Position numbers and translations under genes: made by a program
In this document: positions 8,073 to 18,039 of the stretch, piece after piece
Layout of the letters: the number at the start of each line of letters is the position of its first letter
How positions within the stretch are numbered: the stretch's first letter is position 1
Assembly: GCA_032249135.1 (NCBI GenBank)
Contig: JAVVGL010000018.1
Span: 1-40,990 of the forward strand
Reading direction: 5' to 3'
Source of the DNA: Candidatus Calescibacterium sp.
Lineage (GTDB): Bacteria > Calescibacteriota > Calescibacteriia > Calescibacteriales > Calescibacteriaceae
DNA: 40,990 bases
The notes under the pieces: generated by a model
Databases searched by the model: none
Told to the model about the DNA's origin: nothing
What the model saw: only the letters and a program-made list of their open reading frames with translations

Positions 8073-10073
8073 TTACTTGAATTTGCTTTCAAATTCATCA
8101 AGACCACAACCGAAAAGTTCAGCAACATTTATTTCTTCTTTCAAAATTTTTGCATACTCCAAGTAATATGAAAGGGCTCTCATCACATAAAATCTTGTTT
8201 GCCTGTAAGGGATGTTTTCTAAAAAAATTTCCGGATTTGAGCAATATAAATTTTTGTTATCTTGAATCCACCTCCTCACAGGACTTGGACCAGCGTTATA
8301 AGCAGCTATTGCTAAAATCCATGAACCAAACATTCTTTTCAGCTTTGAAAGATAGTAAGCTCCCGCAAGTATATTCGCAGATGGTTCAAATAAAAAATCC
8401 TTCACAAAAGGTAATCCCCAATCAGAAAAAATTTCCTTCGCAGTAGACGGTATTATTTGCATAACACCCATCGCATTAGCGGAAGAAACGGCAGAAACAT
8501 CAAAATGCGACTCTATTAATGCTATGGAAAGCAAAAGAGATATCGGAATCCCAAATTCTCGGGATGCCCTCAAAAAATCTTCATAAAAAGCAATAGGAGG
8601 GGGTTTATAAACAGCAAATGTAGATCTGAAATCGTGAGGCGGAGCAAAATACTTGAAAAAGCCAAAAGATATAAGCCATCTCTTCTCCTCTTCCGTTAAA
8701 TTCCACGAATTTAAAATCGTCCTAACAACCTGCTTAGCCCTTGAATCTGCAAGATATAGCTTCAAAAAATATAAATCTTCAATACGCTCAGACGGAGGTG
8801 TCAGAACAAAAGAAAAAGAGAATCTATCATTACTAACCATATCAGGTCCGGATATATCTGATGGTTTTAGGCGGGAAGAACCTTCTTTATATTTTTCTAT
8901 AAGGAAAATAAAGCCATCAGGTTGAAAAGAAACTTTTAGCCCAAATATCTTATTCAGAATATATTTTGCTCTTTCACTTATATCTTTATGAGGGCTCCGA
9001 GAAGCTTGATAAAATAAATTATACGCTTCCGATGTCAATCCAGTAAGATATTTTTCAATTCCAATCTTTATAGCTAAATCACCTGCAAGTCGCTCCCCAG
9101 AAAATCTTCTTATATATTCCACCGCATAACGTTCAAAATTAATCAAATCAGGATTTTTTTTCCTTGCATAAGAAAAAATCAAAATGATATATAGCCTTTC
9201 AAGGTCTTTTGAGTCTGTAATTTTTTCTGTGAGCTTTTCAGCAAAATTCAATGCTCTATCATAGTCTTGAAGAGCAAAATATATTCTTGATTTTGTAAAA
9301 TCATCCTGTGTCCATTTTAACGCAAGATCATAAAACCCTTTTTCAAACAGAAATTGAGCAATGTCCTCCCGATCAGAATATGAAAGGAATTGAGTAGCTG
9401 GACCCCCAAATATTCTCAGAGAAAAATCTTCAATTCTATTCAACCTATCTGAGTAGTCTATATAATCAACGGGATCTAAAATATTCTTCACATAATTGAC
9501 GAGATTTCTCTTTATTTTCTCTCTTATCTCTCCAGCTTCCCTTAATCTTCCACGATCCTCCAAGTATACAATTCTATCCAAATAACAAAAAATTATGACC
9601 TCAAAAATCTCTGGAATAGCTCTGCTCGGAGATTCATTTTTCTCTACATGTTCACAGATTGATCTATCTCCTTCTTGAAACGATATGACATCAAGGTTCT
9701 GCAAAACATACTTGTAGAAAGGAAATGATGTATCACGAGTGAGAGTAAGAAAATATTTTTTTGCTCCATCATAAATCCCCAAAAGCATTTGATTCCTACC
9801 TATGTAATATCTTGCAAAATCATGAAAAATGGTCTCTAACCCGCTTTTTAGGAGAAAAAAAGATGTATCAAGAAAAGTTTTATCGCTGAGAAGTTTTAAA
9901 CCATATGCAAACTCAGAGATATTTATCTCCTTATCTTTAACTTTTCTTTCTATCAACTTTGCATACAAAGATGAGAAAGGAAATATCGGGGGAAAAAGAA
10001 TTAAGCTCATTAGAAAGAAGATGAAGGGAAAAGAAATAATTTTCCTTATCGTTGGTTTTCTTCCATAAATCAT
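8073..10073 (-). CDS. slt: Soluble lytic murein transglycosylase (Slt-like): N-terminal hydrophobic signal/anchor, helical region, C-terminal SLT domain
   Basis: IALIES (catalytic Glu), AMGVMQIIPSTA, AAYNAGP, ENIPYRQTRFYV. Confidence 0.85.
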   Translation of the reverse strand: MIYGRKPTIRKIISFPFIFFLMSLILFPPIFPFSSLYAKLIERKVKDKEINISEFAYGLKLLSDKTFLDTSFFLLKSGLETIFHDFARYYIGRNQMLLGIYDGAKKYFLTLTRDTSFPFYKYVLQNLDVISFQEGDRSICEHVEKNESPSRAIPEIFEVIIFCYLDRIVYLEDRGRLREAGEIREKIKRNLVNYVKNILDPVDYIDYSDRLNRIEDFSLRIFGGPATQFLSYSDREDIAQFLFEKGFYDLALKWTQDDFTKSRIYFALQDYDRALNFAEKLTEKITDSKDLERLYIILIFSYARKKNPDLINFERYAVEYIRRFSGERLAGDLAIKIGIEKYLTGLTSEAYNLFYQASRSPHKDISERAKYILNKIFGLKVSFQPDGFIFLIEKYKEGSSRLKPSDISGPDMVSNDRFSFSFVLTPPSERIEDLYFLKLYLADSRAKQVVRTILNSWNLTEEEKRWLISFGFFKYFAPPHDFRSTFAVYKPPPIAFYEDFLRASREFGIPISLLLSIALIESHFDVSAVSSANAMGVMQIIPSTAKEIFSDWGLPFVKDFLFEPSANILAGAYYLSKLKRMFGSWILAIAAYNAGPSPVRRWIQDNKNLYCSNPEIFLENIPYRQTRFYVMRALSYYLEYAKILKEEINVAELFGCGLDEFESKFK

Positions 10074-10204
10074 ACGAAAGAAAAATATCTAAAAAAATTT
10101 TATTCATTCACACGTAGCAATTCAATCATAGCTGCAATAAGCATAAATAGTTCTTCAAACAGTTATTATTATTTATTTATCTTAGTTTTTTACCTTTAAT
10201 TATT

Positions 10205-11113
10205 ATGGCAAGAGAGATTGCATTTTTTGGACTTGGCAATTTGGGAAGAGCAATAGTAAAAAGAATGAAAGAGGTCATATCTGATGCGGATTTTTATGTA
10301 TGGACACAAGATGTCTCACGAGCGGAACTTTTTGCCTCTGAAATAGGAGCAATAAGAATAATAAAACCCGAAAGAATACCAAAAAGTATAAGATATATAT
10401 TTTTGTGCCTTTTTGATAGTTTAGCAGTCCAGAACATATTAGAAAAAATACCAAAAGATGGGAAAGTAATAGTGGATTTTACAACAAATCATCCAAAGAA
10501 AGTTTTAGAGTTTTCAGAAATTATAGTGAAAAACGGCGGAGAATACATAGAAAGTCCAGTTTTAGGCAGTGTAATCCCCGCATCACAAGGGAAGCTTACC
10601 CTACTTGTATGTGGGAAAGAAAAAGTTTTTGACGAGGTAAAACCTTTTTTAGATGCAATTTCATCAAAAATATTTTATTTTGGAGAGAACTTTTCGCAAG
10701 CATCTTACCTCAAACTTGTGAATAATCTTGTTCTTGGAGAATTCATGATGGCAATATCGGAGGCAGTAGCAATAGGGGAAATATTGGGATTCTCTCCAGA
10801 AATAGTTTTAGAAGTTCTATCTTATGGAGCCGGGAAATCAGCAATTTTAGAAAACAAAAAAGAAAAATTAATTAAAAGAGACTTTTCCCCTCACTTTTCC
10901 ATATCACTAATAAGAAAAGATCTTTTATACCTCAAAGAGGTAATAGAAGAAAAAATAGGGAATGTGGAAATAGAGGAATTACCTTTTGTTTTCAGTCTGA
11001 AAAAATATGATGAAGCTTACAGATCCGGATTTTCCCAACTTGATTTTTCATCTATCTTTAATTTCATAAAAACAAAATTTCTAAACTCGAAAGAAAAAAA
11101 ATATCAAAAATAA
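10205..11113 (+). CDS. NAD(P)-dependent beta-hydroxyacid dehydrogenase (3-hydroxyisobutyrate dehydrogenase family)
   Basis: FFGLGNLG, ESPVLGS, LKLVNN (catalytic Lys), FSISLIRKDL. Confidence 0.88.
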   Translation: MAREIAFFGLGNLGRAIVKRMKEVISDADFYVWTQDVSRAELFASEIGAIRIIKPERIPKSIRYIFLCLFDSLAVQNILEKIPKDGKVIVDFTTNHPKKVLEFSEIIVKNGGEYIESPVLGSVIPASQGKLTLLVCGKEKVFDEVKPFLDAISSKIFYFGENFSQASYLKLVNNLVLGEFMMAISEAVAIGEILGFSPEIVLEVLSYGAGKSAILENKKEKLIKRDFSPHFSISLIRKDLLYLKEVIEEKIGNVEIEELPFVFSLKKYDEAYRSGFSQLDFSSIFNFIKTKFLNSKEKKYQK

Positions 11114-11180
11114 TAAAGAGGAGAAACAAAGAAAAAATATATAAAAAATAATAGAAGATAAAAGATAATACGGTAAAAAA

Positions 11181-12080
11181 ATGTTTGAACAAAAGCAAAT
11201 GACTGACCTTAACCAAAAGTTCCATTTTCAAAAAGTTCTCATTTTCTCAAAACCTAACATGGATCCAGAAAAAGTAGAGAATGTGATAGATATTTTGACA
11301 AAAAAAGGAAAAGAAGTTTTCCTGTCAGATGAAATAAAAAATATCTCTCCAAAATTTAGATATTTTCAAGTCTCAGATAATCTTGGAGGAATTGATATAA
11401 TTTTCGTCCTCGGAGGAGACGGAGCTATACTGCGCACTTGTGAAAAAGTAATAGAAGAAAGAAAATTATCAATTCCGATAGTCGGAATAAACATGGGAAG
11501 AATTGGATTTCTGACTTTTGGAGAAGAAACCCCCGAAGAAGTGATAGAAAATGTGATGAAGGGAGAATATAGAATTGAGGAGATAAATGTTCTCAGATGT
11601 TCAGTTGAAACAACCGAAAAAGAAAAAGAAAAAAACAAAGTAAAAGAATTTTTTGCAGTGAATGATTTTTTGGTAAAAAGTCCAGATGGAATTTTGGAGT
11701 TTGAGATTTTCTGTGAAGATGATTTTATGGGGAAAATAAGAGCAGATGGGGTTCTGATTTCATCACAAACAGGTTCAACAGCTTACAATCTTTCACTCGG
11801 CGGTCCAATAGTATATCCAGGAGCAGAAATTATTTTAATTTCTTTTCTCGCTCCTTTCTCTTTATTTTCAAGATCTGTAGTTTTCCCAAAAGATAAAACA
11901 GTAAATCTAAAAAGCTTAGGTAAAGCCATAATATATGCTGACGGTAAAAAAGTTTTTCTATTAGATGAAAAAAATGAAGTTATGAGATTCAACTATTGCG
12001 ATTTCAGAATAAAAATATTAAAGGGCAAAAAAACTACTTTTTTTGATTCATTGAGAAAAAAATTCAAATGGCTAACTTGA
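11181..12080 (+). CDS. nadK: NAD kinase
   Basis: LGGDGAIL, GINMGRIGFL, AVND, ADGVLISSQTGSTAYNLSLGGP. Confidence 0.92.
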   Translation: MFEQKQMTDLNQKFHFQKVLIFSKPNMDPEKVENVIDILTKKGKEVFLSDEIKNISPKFRYFQVSDNLGGIDIIFVLGGDGAILRTCEKVIEERKLSIPIVGINMGRIGFLTFGEETPEEVIENVMKGEYRIEEINVLRCSVETTEKEKEKNKVKEFFAVNDFLVKSPDGILEFEIFCEDDFMGKIRADGVLISSQTGSTAYNLSLGGPIVYPGAEIILISFLAPFSLFSRSVVFPKDKTVNLKSLGKAIIYADGKKVFLLDEKNEVMRFNYCDFRIKILKGKKTTFFDSLRKKFKWLT

Positions 12081-12087
12081 GCGAAAA

Positions 12088-14565
12088 TTATTCATCACCT
12101 TTCAATATATTTTTCAAGTACTTATCTCTGAAAGCTCTATCAAATAAAGTTGGATCAACTTCAGAGGCAGCTTTTAGGTATTCAAGTGCTTTTTCCTTAT
12201 CACCCTTTGCCGCATATAAAGATGCAAGATTAAAAAGTTTTGCACCTTTTTCTCTGAAATCCTGAGGTTCAAAAGAATTTAAAATTTCCTCCGCTTTTTC
12301 AAATTCTCCTTTATTAATATAAACAGTAGAAAGGTTTATAAGAACTCTCATATCTTGTGGTTTTATACTTTGCGCAAGTTCAAGATATTTTTGAGCCGAA
12401 TCATAATCTTTAAGCTGAGCATAACTTGCACCAATAGCAAAATAAGCCATAAACTTCACGGAATTGACATCAAAAACTCTATCAGGTATGGGTATTTTAT
12501 AATATTTCCAAGAAGGAGAATTTTCTATTTCTTCAAGAGCTTTTTGACCATACTCTATCGCCTTCTGATACTCACCTTTCATAAAATAAGCATTGGCAAC
12601 CAAAGCATAAGCTTCCGGAATATTTGCCGGATTTGAATCAGTAGAACGAAGCAAATACTCAATTCCTTTATCTATCTGCCCGAGCTGGACATACATATTT
12701 CCAAGTTCTCTCACACCTTTCCCAAAATAAGGAACATACTTTATCGTTTGTTCAAGTAAATCAATTGTCCTTTGAGTAAGAGCACCACCGGATTTTCCTA
12801 AATAAAGATAAGCCAAATCATAGTAGGTTCTTTCGGCAGGATTATCATGTTTTAGCGATGCAAGATAATATCTTTCTGATATGTCAAAATTCCTAAATCT
12901 TTTTTGCCACTGAGCAATTCTATAATATATTTCTGCAAGCATAAGATTCCTTGAAGCAAAAAATCCTACACTTGCCCTACAAATTTTCCTCCTGACCTGA
13001 CAAGAAAATTGAGAAAAACCGGTTTCTTTTGTGCAGAAAGGAATCCCATCAACACATGGAGCACCCAAAGAGGCAACAAAAACTCCTAAACCCGGTAGCA
13101 AAGCCACAAGCTTTTTATTTATTTCAAATTCAATAGGTTTCTGACCAAAAATATAAGAGTGAATAAGCTCCAAAATTCCAAGATTTAACCAGAACATCAA
13201 AACAGATCCTGGCCACTGCAAAGAGAAATTAAAAGACGCACTTGCAAGAAGTGAAAGAATTCCCAGGAACACCCCAGTTGCTATAAAGAAAAGCTCTTCG
13301 TCCTCCTCTTTTTTAATTTCTCTTGCCTTTGAGAATATATCAAGATAAAGTTTCAGAATAATAAATATTATTGAGATGAAGATAGTGAAACCAACAATAC
13401 CAAGATCAACAAATATCTGCAAATACTCATTATGAGCTTTATCAACTCTCGTGTTAGTAAATATAGTGTTCTCATCTAAAAGGCGTGGAGCATACTTCCA
13501 AGAATATATTTCAAAATTTCCTCCACCAACACCAATTATTGGATTTTCCTTTATCATTTCAAGCCCGCCACTCCATGCTAAAAGACGAGTTGAAACAGAA
13601 GAACCAGGACCAACTTGAACAAAAGATTTAAATCTTGCAATCATCTCCCCACCGAACTTCGTTTGCGTAAAAAAAATAAAAAGAAAAATTGAAGTTCCTA
13701 CAACTCCCAAGGCCAAATATCTTGAAATTCTTGATAGTGGAACTTTTCTTGTTATGTGAGCAAGGTAAATTAAAAGAAAGAAAATGATGAATGTTATCAG
13801 TCCAACCCATCCTGCTCTGTTTTTTGCAGCAACCATGTAAAGAAATGTTATTAATGAAGAAGAAGCAAAAACAACTCTCATAACGATATTTTTCTCAATA
13901 AAAGCAAAAGCTAAAATTATAGGGAAAACGGTGAGTAAATATTCAACAGCAAAGTTTGAAAGACCAAAAGTAGTTATAGGATTTGGTGATCCATACTGGT
14001 CGGGAGGCATAGGAAAAACCCCAACAACTTGAAGGAAACCATATCCGGATACAATTGACGCTGATATTGCACTGAAAAATGCAATAACTTTAATTTCTTT
14101 TCTTTGAAATAAAAAAAGTTGTAATGTAATGTAAGCCAAAACGCCCGGAGCTATCATAACAGCAAGGTTTTGAGTTTTGTAAGGATTATAAGCCCAGATG
14201 GCAGATGCCGATCCCAAAATTAAAAACAGAACAACAAGTATGAAAGTCTTTGGGAAGTTAAAATATACTTTTTTTAATTTTAAGGTAATATATACTAAAA
14301 CAATTCCAGATAATGCTTTTGCAAGATAAGCGACCGAGATTTTTGACCAAACATATTCTATCTCGTATTTGAAAAGTGGAGGCAAAAAAGCATAAATAAT
14401 AAATGGAATAACTTTGAGTACAGAGTCAAAATCCCATCTTTCAGATGAAACTTCAGATTTTTCAGATTTAGATTTATCAGTTTCAGTTACGCTTTTTCCT
14501 ACTCCTGAGACCTTTTGAGCCTTAAACTCCTTCTTCGCTTTCCTCTGATCTTTCTTCGCAACCAT
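12088..14565 (-). CDS. O-antigen ligase / O-oligosaccharyltransferase-like membrane protein (Wzy_C) with C-terminal TPR repeats
   Basis: Many TM segments, NRAGW, RLLAW..GLEMIKENPIIGVGGGNF, AHNEYLQIFVDLGIVG. TPR-like repeats such as AYALVANAYFMKGEYQKAIEY and VLINLSTVYINKGEFEKAEE. Confidence 0.85.
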   Translation of the reverse strand: MVAKKDQRKAKKEFKAQKVSGVGKSVTETDKSKSEKSEVSSERWDFDSVLKVIPFIIYAFLPPLFKYEIEYVWSKISVAYLAKALSGIVLVYITLKLKKVYFNFPKTFILVVLFLILGSASAIWAYNPYKTQNLAVMIAPGVLAYITLQLFLFQRKEIKVIAFFSAISASIVSGYGFLQVVGVFPMPPDQYGSPNPITTFGLSNFAVEYLLTVFPIILAFAFIEKNIVMRVVFASSSLITFLYMVAAKNRAGWVGLITFIIFFLLIYLAHITRKVPLSRISRYLALGVVGTSIFLFIFFTQTKFGGEMIARFKSFVQVGPGSSVSTRLLAWSGGLEMIKENPIIGVGGGNFEIYSWKYAPRLLDENTIFTNTRVDKAHNEYLQIFVDLGIVGFTIFISIIFIILKLYLDIFSKAREIKKEEDEELFFIATGVFLGILSLLASASFNFSLQWPGSVLMFWLNLGILELIHSYIFGQKPIEFEINKKLVALLPGLGVFVASLGAPCVDGIPFCTKETGFSQFSCQVRRKICRASVGFFASRNLMLAEIYYRIAQWQKRFRNFDISERYYLASLKHDNPAERTYYDLAYLYLGKSGGALTQRTIDLLEQTIKYVPYFGKGVRELGNMYVQLGQIDKGIEYLLRSTDSNPANIPEAYALVANAYFMKGEYQKAIEYGQKALEEIENSPSWKYYKIPIPDRVFDVNSVKFMAYFAIGASYAQLKDYDSAQKYLELAQSIKPQDMRVLINLSTVYINKGEFEKAEEILNSFEPQDFREKGAKLFNLASLYAAKGDKEKALEYLKAASEVDPTLFDRAFRDKYLKNILKGDE

Positions 14566-14659
14566 ATTTATTAGATTAAAATTCCTGATTTTAAAAAGTG
14601 AAAATCCATATAAAAAGGCAAAATCCCATTTTAGATTCCAAATTAAAGATAAAAAACTT

Positions 14660-14810
14660 TAATATTTTCCTTTGACGTGTTTTAGACCAGTCTTTATAGC
14701 TTCTCCCTTCCCCTAAGTTTTTTCACGTCTTAAAATTAATATCTCATTTTCTTCGCCCCTTTTATATTTTTGAGAATATTTTGAATTGAATCAGATGATC
14801 TATCATCAAC
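14660..14810 (-). pseudogene. Decayed GT2 (DPM1-like) glycosyltransferase fragment
   Basis: The minus strand reads VDDRSSDSIQNILKNIK and then, after a frameshift, ILILRREKT*GKGEAIKTGLKHVKGKY*. This matches the GT2 pattern VDDGSxD...RHxxNxGKGxAIxxGL. Confidence 0.7.
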
Positions 14811-14899
14811 TTTTGCTCATTTCTGAAATTCTCCTTCTTTCAATTTATCCCTTGTTTTCCAAATTTTTATTTTTCTTCAACTCATTCTATATTATTTTC

Positions 14900-16156
14900 T
14901 TATTCTTTAAAACTTAAAATTTGCTTGAAGAGTTCAATATATTTTCTGGCGACAACCTTGCTATCAAATTCTTTCAAGATCTTTTCCCTTGCATTCTGAC
15001 GGAGTTCATCATAATTTGGATTATCTAAAATCCATCTTATTCCATTTGCAAAATCATCTGGGTCATAAGGTTTTGCAAGATAGCCATTTATTTTGTGGGC
15101 AATAATGTCTTTGTTCCCTCCTACATCAAATGCTACAACAGGGGTTCCACAAGATAGGCTTTCAATTATAACATTTGATAAGTTTTCTTGAAGACTTGGG
15201 ACCAAAGTTAAATCAGCTGAACTATATAAAGTTGCAAGACTAATATCATCGTTTATATATCCTACATAATGAGTTGGGAATGAAAAATCTGGAACTTGCT
15301 TTGGCTTGACACTACCAAAAATTACGAGCTCCAAATTTGTTCTACCTTTTAATTTCTGTAAAGCTTGTGTAATTTGCTTAAAACCTTTTCTCTCATCGCT
15401 CAAAGGATTGACAGCACCAAATAAAATAATCTTTTTAGATTTTGGAAGGTTCCAAATTTCTCTTGCTAAACTCTTGTCAATTGGTTTGAAAGTATTAGTA
15501 TCAACGGGAGCAGGTATATTAGTATGTTTTTTATTTTTCAGTAGAGAACTTTTTTGAGAGCATTCAGTTATCCATCTACTTGTACCAACCACAAATAAAT
15601 CTTTCTTTTTTTCATAAACTCTTTTTTTTCTCAACCAGCATATTTTGCTCAAATCAAATTCTATTTTGCTTTGAAGTAAAGGACAATTCCCACACGATGA
15701 TATGTATTTTTCACAATTCCAAAAATAATGGCAACCACCAGTAAAGTACCAAGCATCCTGCAAGGTCAATATAACAGGAGCATTAATTTTCTGTATATCT
15801 TCTATTTTCAGAAATCCATCTGCTATCCAGTGAAGATTTACTATGTCTGGTTTTAAATTATTGATTTTTTGAGCTATGTTGTTAAGCCCTATCCAAGATA
15901 CGCTGAACTGTATGCGAGAACTATCTTTATAAATTCGCAGAGGAAGCCTATCTAATACAGACCTTATGACATTGAAAGCTTTTTTTATTCTTTTTTGTGA
16001 ATCGGAGATTATAGTATAATCACCGTCTTCATTTTTTCTTGTCATAACAAACATCACGCTATCTATACCTTCTGAGAGTAATGCTTTATGAAGTCTATAA
16101 GCTCCTTTTGCAGCTCCTCCTTCAATATCATATGTGCTTACTATAACTATTTTCAT
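14900..16156 (-). CDS. GT4 glycosyltransferase (WcaC-like)
   Basis: Start re-called to MKIVIVSTYDIEGGAAKGAYRLH (ATG at 16156). NLHW, TLQDAWYFTGGCH, CGNCP, RKG, PSLQENLSNVIIESLSCGTPVVAF. Confidence 0.88.
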   Translation of the reverse strand: MKIVIVSTYDIEGGAAKGAYRLHKALLSEGIDSVMFVMTRKNEDGDYTIISDSQKRIKKAFNVIRSVLDRLPLRIYKDSSRIQFSVSWIGLNNIAQKINNLKPDIVNLHWIADGFLKIEDIQKINAPVILTLQDAWYFTGGCHYFWNCEKYISSCGNCPLLQSKIEFDLSKICWLRKKRVYEKKKDLFVVGTSRWITECSQKSSLLKNKKHTNIPAPVDTNTFKPIDKSLAREIWNLPKSKKIILFGAVNPLSDERKGFKQITQALQKLKGRTNLELVIFGSVKPKQVPDFSFPTHYVGYINDDISLATLYSSADLTLVPSLQENLSNVIIESLSCGTPVVAFDVGGNKDIIAHKINGYLAKPYDPDDFANGIRWILDNPNYDELRQNAREKILKEFDSKVVARKYIELFKQILSFKE

Positions 16157-16193
16157 TTTTGGAAAGTTCATTAATAATATAATTTTTATTTTT

Positions 16194-17078
16194 TCATTTG
16201 GTTGCTTCACAATAAAGAGAAGAAAAGCCTTTATATGGAGTTCCGTCGGGATTAATATCAAGGAAAAAAGTGTTAAAATTCGGAATATTACTCTGATTAT
16301 ATGAAAGAAATTGTATGTTTGAGAAACCTACTTCTTCAAGTAAAATTTTTAATGAGTATCTATCATACATAAACTGATGTCTTTCAAAAATACTAGTTCT
16401 AACTAAAACACCATCTCTTATACTTTTTGGGATGAGATAACTAATTAGATTTAAATAAAGATATAGAAGCTTGTTTTTTATCTTATCTTTATTTAAATTT
16501 TTAAATTTTTGCTTTGCTATCTGTAATTTTTGTCTCACCACATTCAAATTACTCCTTTTAACACCTTCCTTATCACCTTCAACTTGATATTCTTTTTCGC
16601 TTCCAAGTAATTTTTCACCTATTCTGTATTGGATATAGTCAGCAAGTTCCTTATTTTTATTTTTAACAACATAATCAAAGAATTTTTTCATTTCACCACC
16701 AGGCGAAGTTCGGACAAGTTGATCAAGAAGTTCAATAACTATCCACTGATACTTTTCTCTGAAATTTTGTTCATCTTCAAGAACCTTTTCCAGAATCGTA
16801 ATATATTCTCTGCATATATTTTCAAGGTCAGGAACAACAATTCTTACTATACCTCCCTTTTTCAAAACTCTGTACACTTCTTTTAATACAAAGCGAGCTT
16901 GTTGAAGGTTAAGATGCTCTAAAAAGTGGCTAGTATATACGACATCAAAATATGAATCTTCAAAAGGCAAACCTTTAAGCACGTTAACTCTTATTACATC
17001 TTTCGAAACAGGATGAATATCTATATTTATCCAATCTCTATGATATCTGCTACCACAAGCTATATTCAACATCTTCAT
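16194..17078 (-). CDS. Class I SAM-dependent methyltransferase (type 11), glycan-cluster type
   Basis: LNIACGS, LPFEDSYFDVVYTSHFLEHL, RVLKKGG.IRIVVPDLE. Confidence 0.85.
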   Translation of the reverse strand: MKMLNIACGSRYHRDWINIDIHPVSKDVIRVNVLKGLPFEDSYFDVVYTSHFLEHLNLQQARFVLKEVYRVLKKGGIVRIVVPDLENICREYITILEKVLEDEQNFREKYQWIVIELLDQLVRTSPGGEMKKFFDYVVKNKNKELADYIQYRIGEKLLGSEKEYQVEGDKEGVKRSNLNVVRQKLQIAKQKFKNLNKDKIKNKLLYLYLNLISYLIPKSIRDGVLVRTSIFERHQFMYDRYSLKILLEEVGFSNIQFLSYNQSNIPNFNTFFLDINPDGTPYKGFSSLYCEATK

Positions 17079-17111
17079 TTCTATATAAAAAATTTAAACA
17101 ATATTCTACAT

Positions 17112-18029
17112 TTAAGCTTTCTGCATAACAACAATTAGAGATGCTCCATGTGGAAGCAATTCAGGTTTCAAATTTTTCACAAACAAAGAAGCAAGAATAT
17201 ATGAGAATCTACTAACAATCCTTCTTCTTATACTTACATCAATAAGTTTTGGCGGTAGGAACAGATTCTCAAAAAAAGTTTTAAGGAAAAGCAAAGAATG
17301 TGTAGGTTGTAATTTCTCATAATAAATGTCTAAAATTTTTAGATTATATTTTTTAGCTAAGAACTCAAAAACAGAAGTTTTCCATCTTGTGAGATGATGA
17401 GGAGGCATATTTAGAGCATGATTAGTTATATATTTTACAAAGGAATCATCATTCGGGACAGAGATGATGATTTTTCCGTTTCTTTTTACAGATAAAATCT
17501 TGGCTTCAAAGAATTCTTTTGGGTTAGGTACATGTTCAAGAACTTGAAAACTAACTACAACATCAAATGCTTCACTATTTTCTTTAGCAAAATTTTCAAG
17601 AGGGATATTAAATACATTTAGTCCTTTTTTCTGCGCTACTAAAACTGCCTTTTCATTAAGTTCTAATCCAATATAATTTTTGCTTCCTATAATTTCTGCA
17701 AACCATCCTTCACCACAACCAACCTCTAGAATTTTATCATTTGGATCAATAAATTTTTTAGCATAAATATACTCTTCTTTTTCTTTCATGTAATACCAAT
17801 CATATTTTTGGAGCTGCTCGTAGAATTTTTTATCGCCCGAAATAAGTGGGAAATAAAAAAGAATACCACAATTCTGACATTCAAAGAGTTCAATATCGGA
17901 ATCTATCAAATATGAAACATCAATTCTGAAATTTTTCCGATATAAATATATCAATTTTTCTTTTTTTACAGTATCTAAATTTTTTACACCATTTTCTCCA
18001 CATAGGATACAATTTCTTACTACTTGCAT
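17112..18029 (-). CDS. Class I SAM-dependent methyltransferase with an N-terminal CxxC...CxxC module
   Basis: CILC...CQNC, ILEVGCGEG, FDVVVSFQVLEHV, ISVPN, PPHHL. Confidence 0.85.
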   Translation of the reverse strand: MQVVRNCILCGENGVKNLDTVKKEKLIYLYRKNFRIDVSYLIDSDIELFECQNCGILFYFPLISGDKKFYEQLQKYDWYYMKEKEEYIYAKKFIDPNDKILEVGCGEGWFAEIIGSKNYIGLELNEKAVLVAQKKGLNVFNIPLENFAKENSEAFDVVVSFQVLEHVPNPKEFFEAKILSVKRNGKIIISVPNDDSFVKYITNHALNMPPHHLTRWKTSVFEFLAKKYNLKILDIYYEKLQPTHSLLFLKTFFENLFLPPKLIDVSIRRRIVSRFSYILASLFVKNLKPELLPHGASLIVVMQKA

Positions 18030-18039
18030 ACTAAAAACT

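Noticed and set aside
16157..16261. N-terminal extension of the GT4 ORF
   Set aside because: It overlaps the upstream methyltransferase. The family-typical start MKIVIVST is at 16156.
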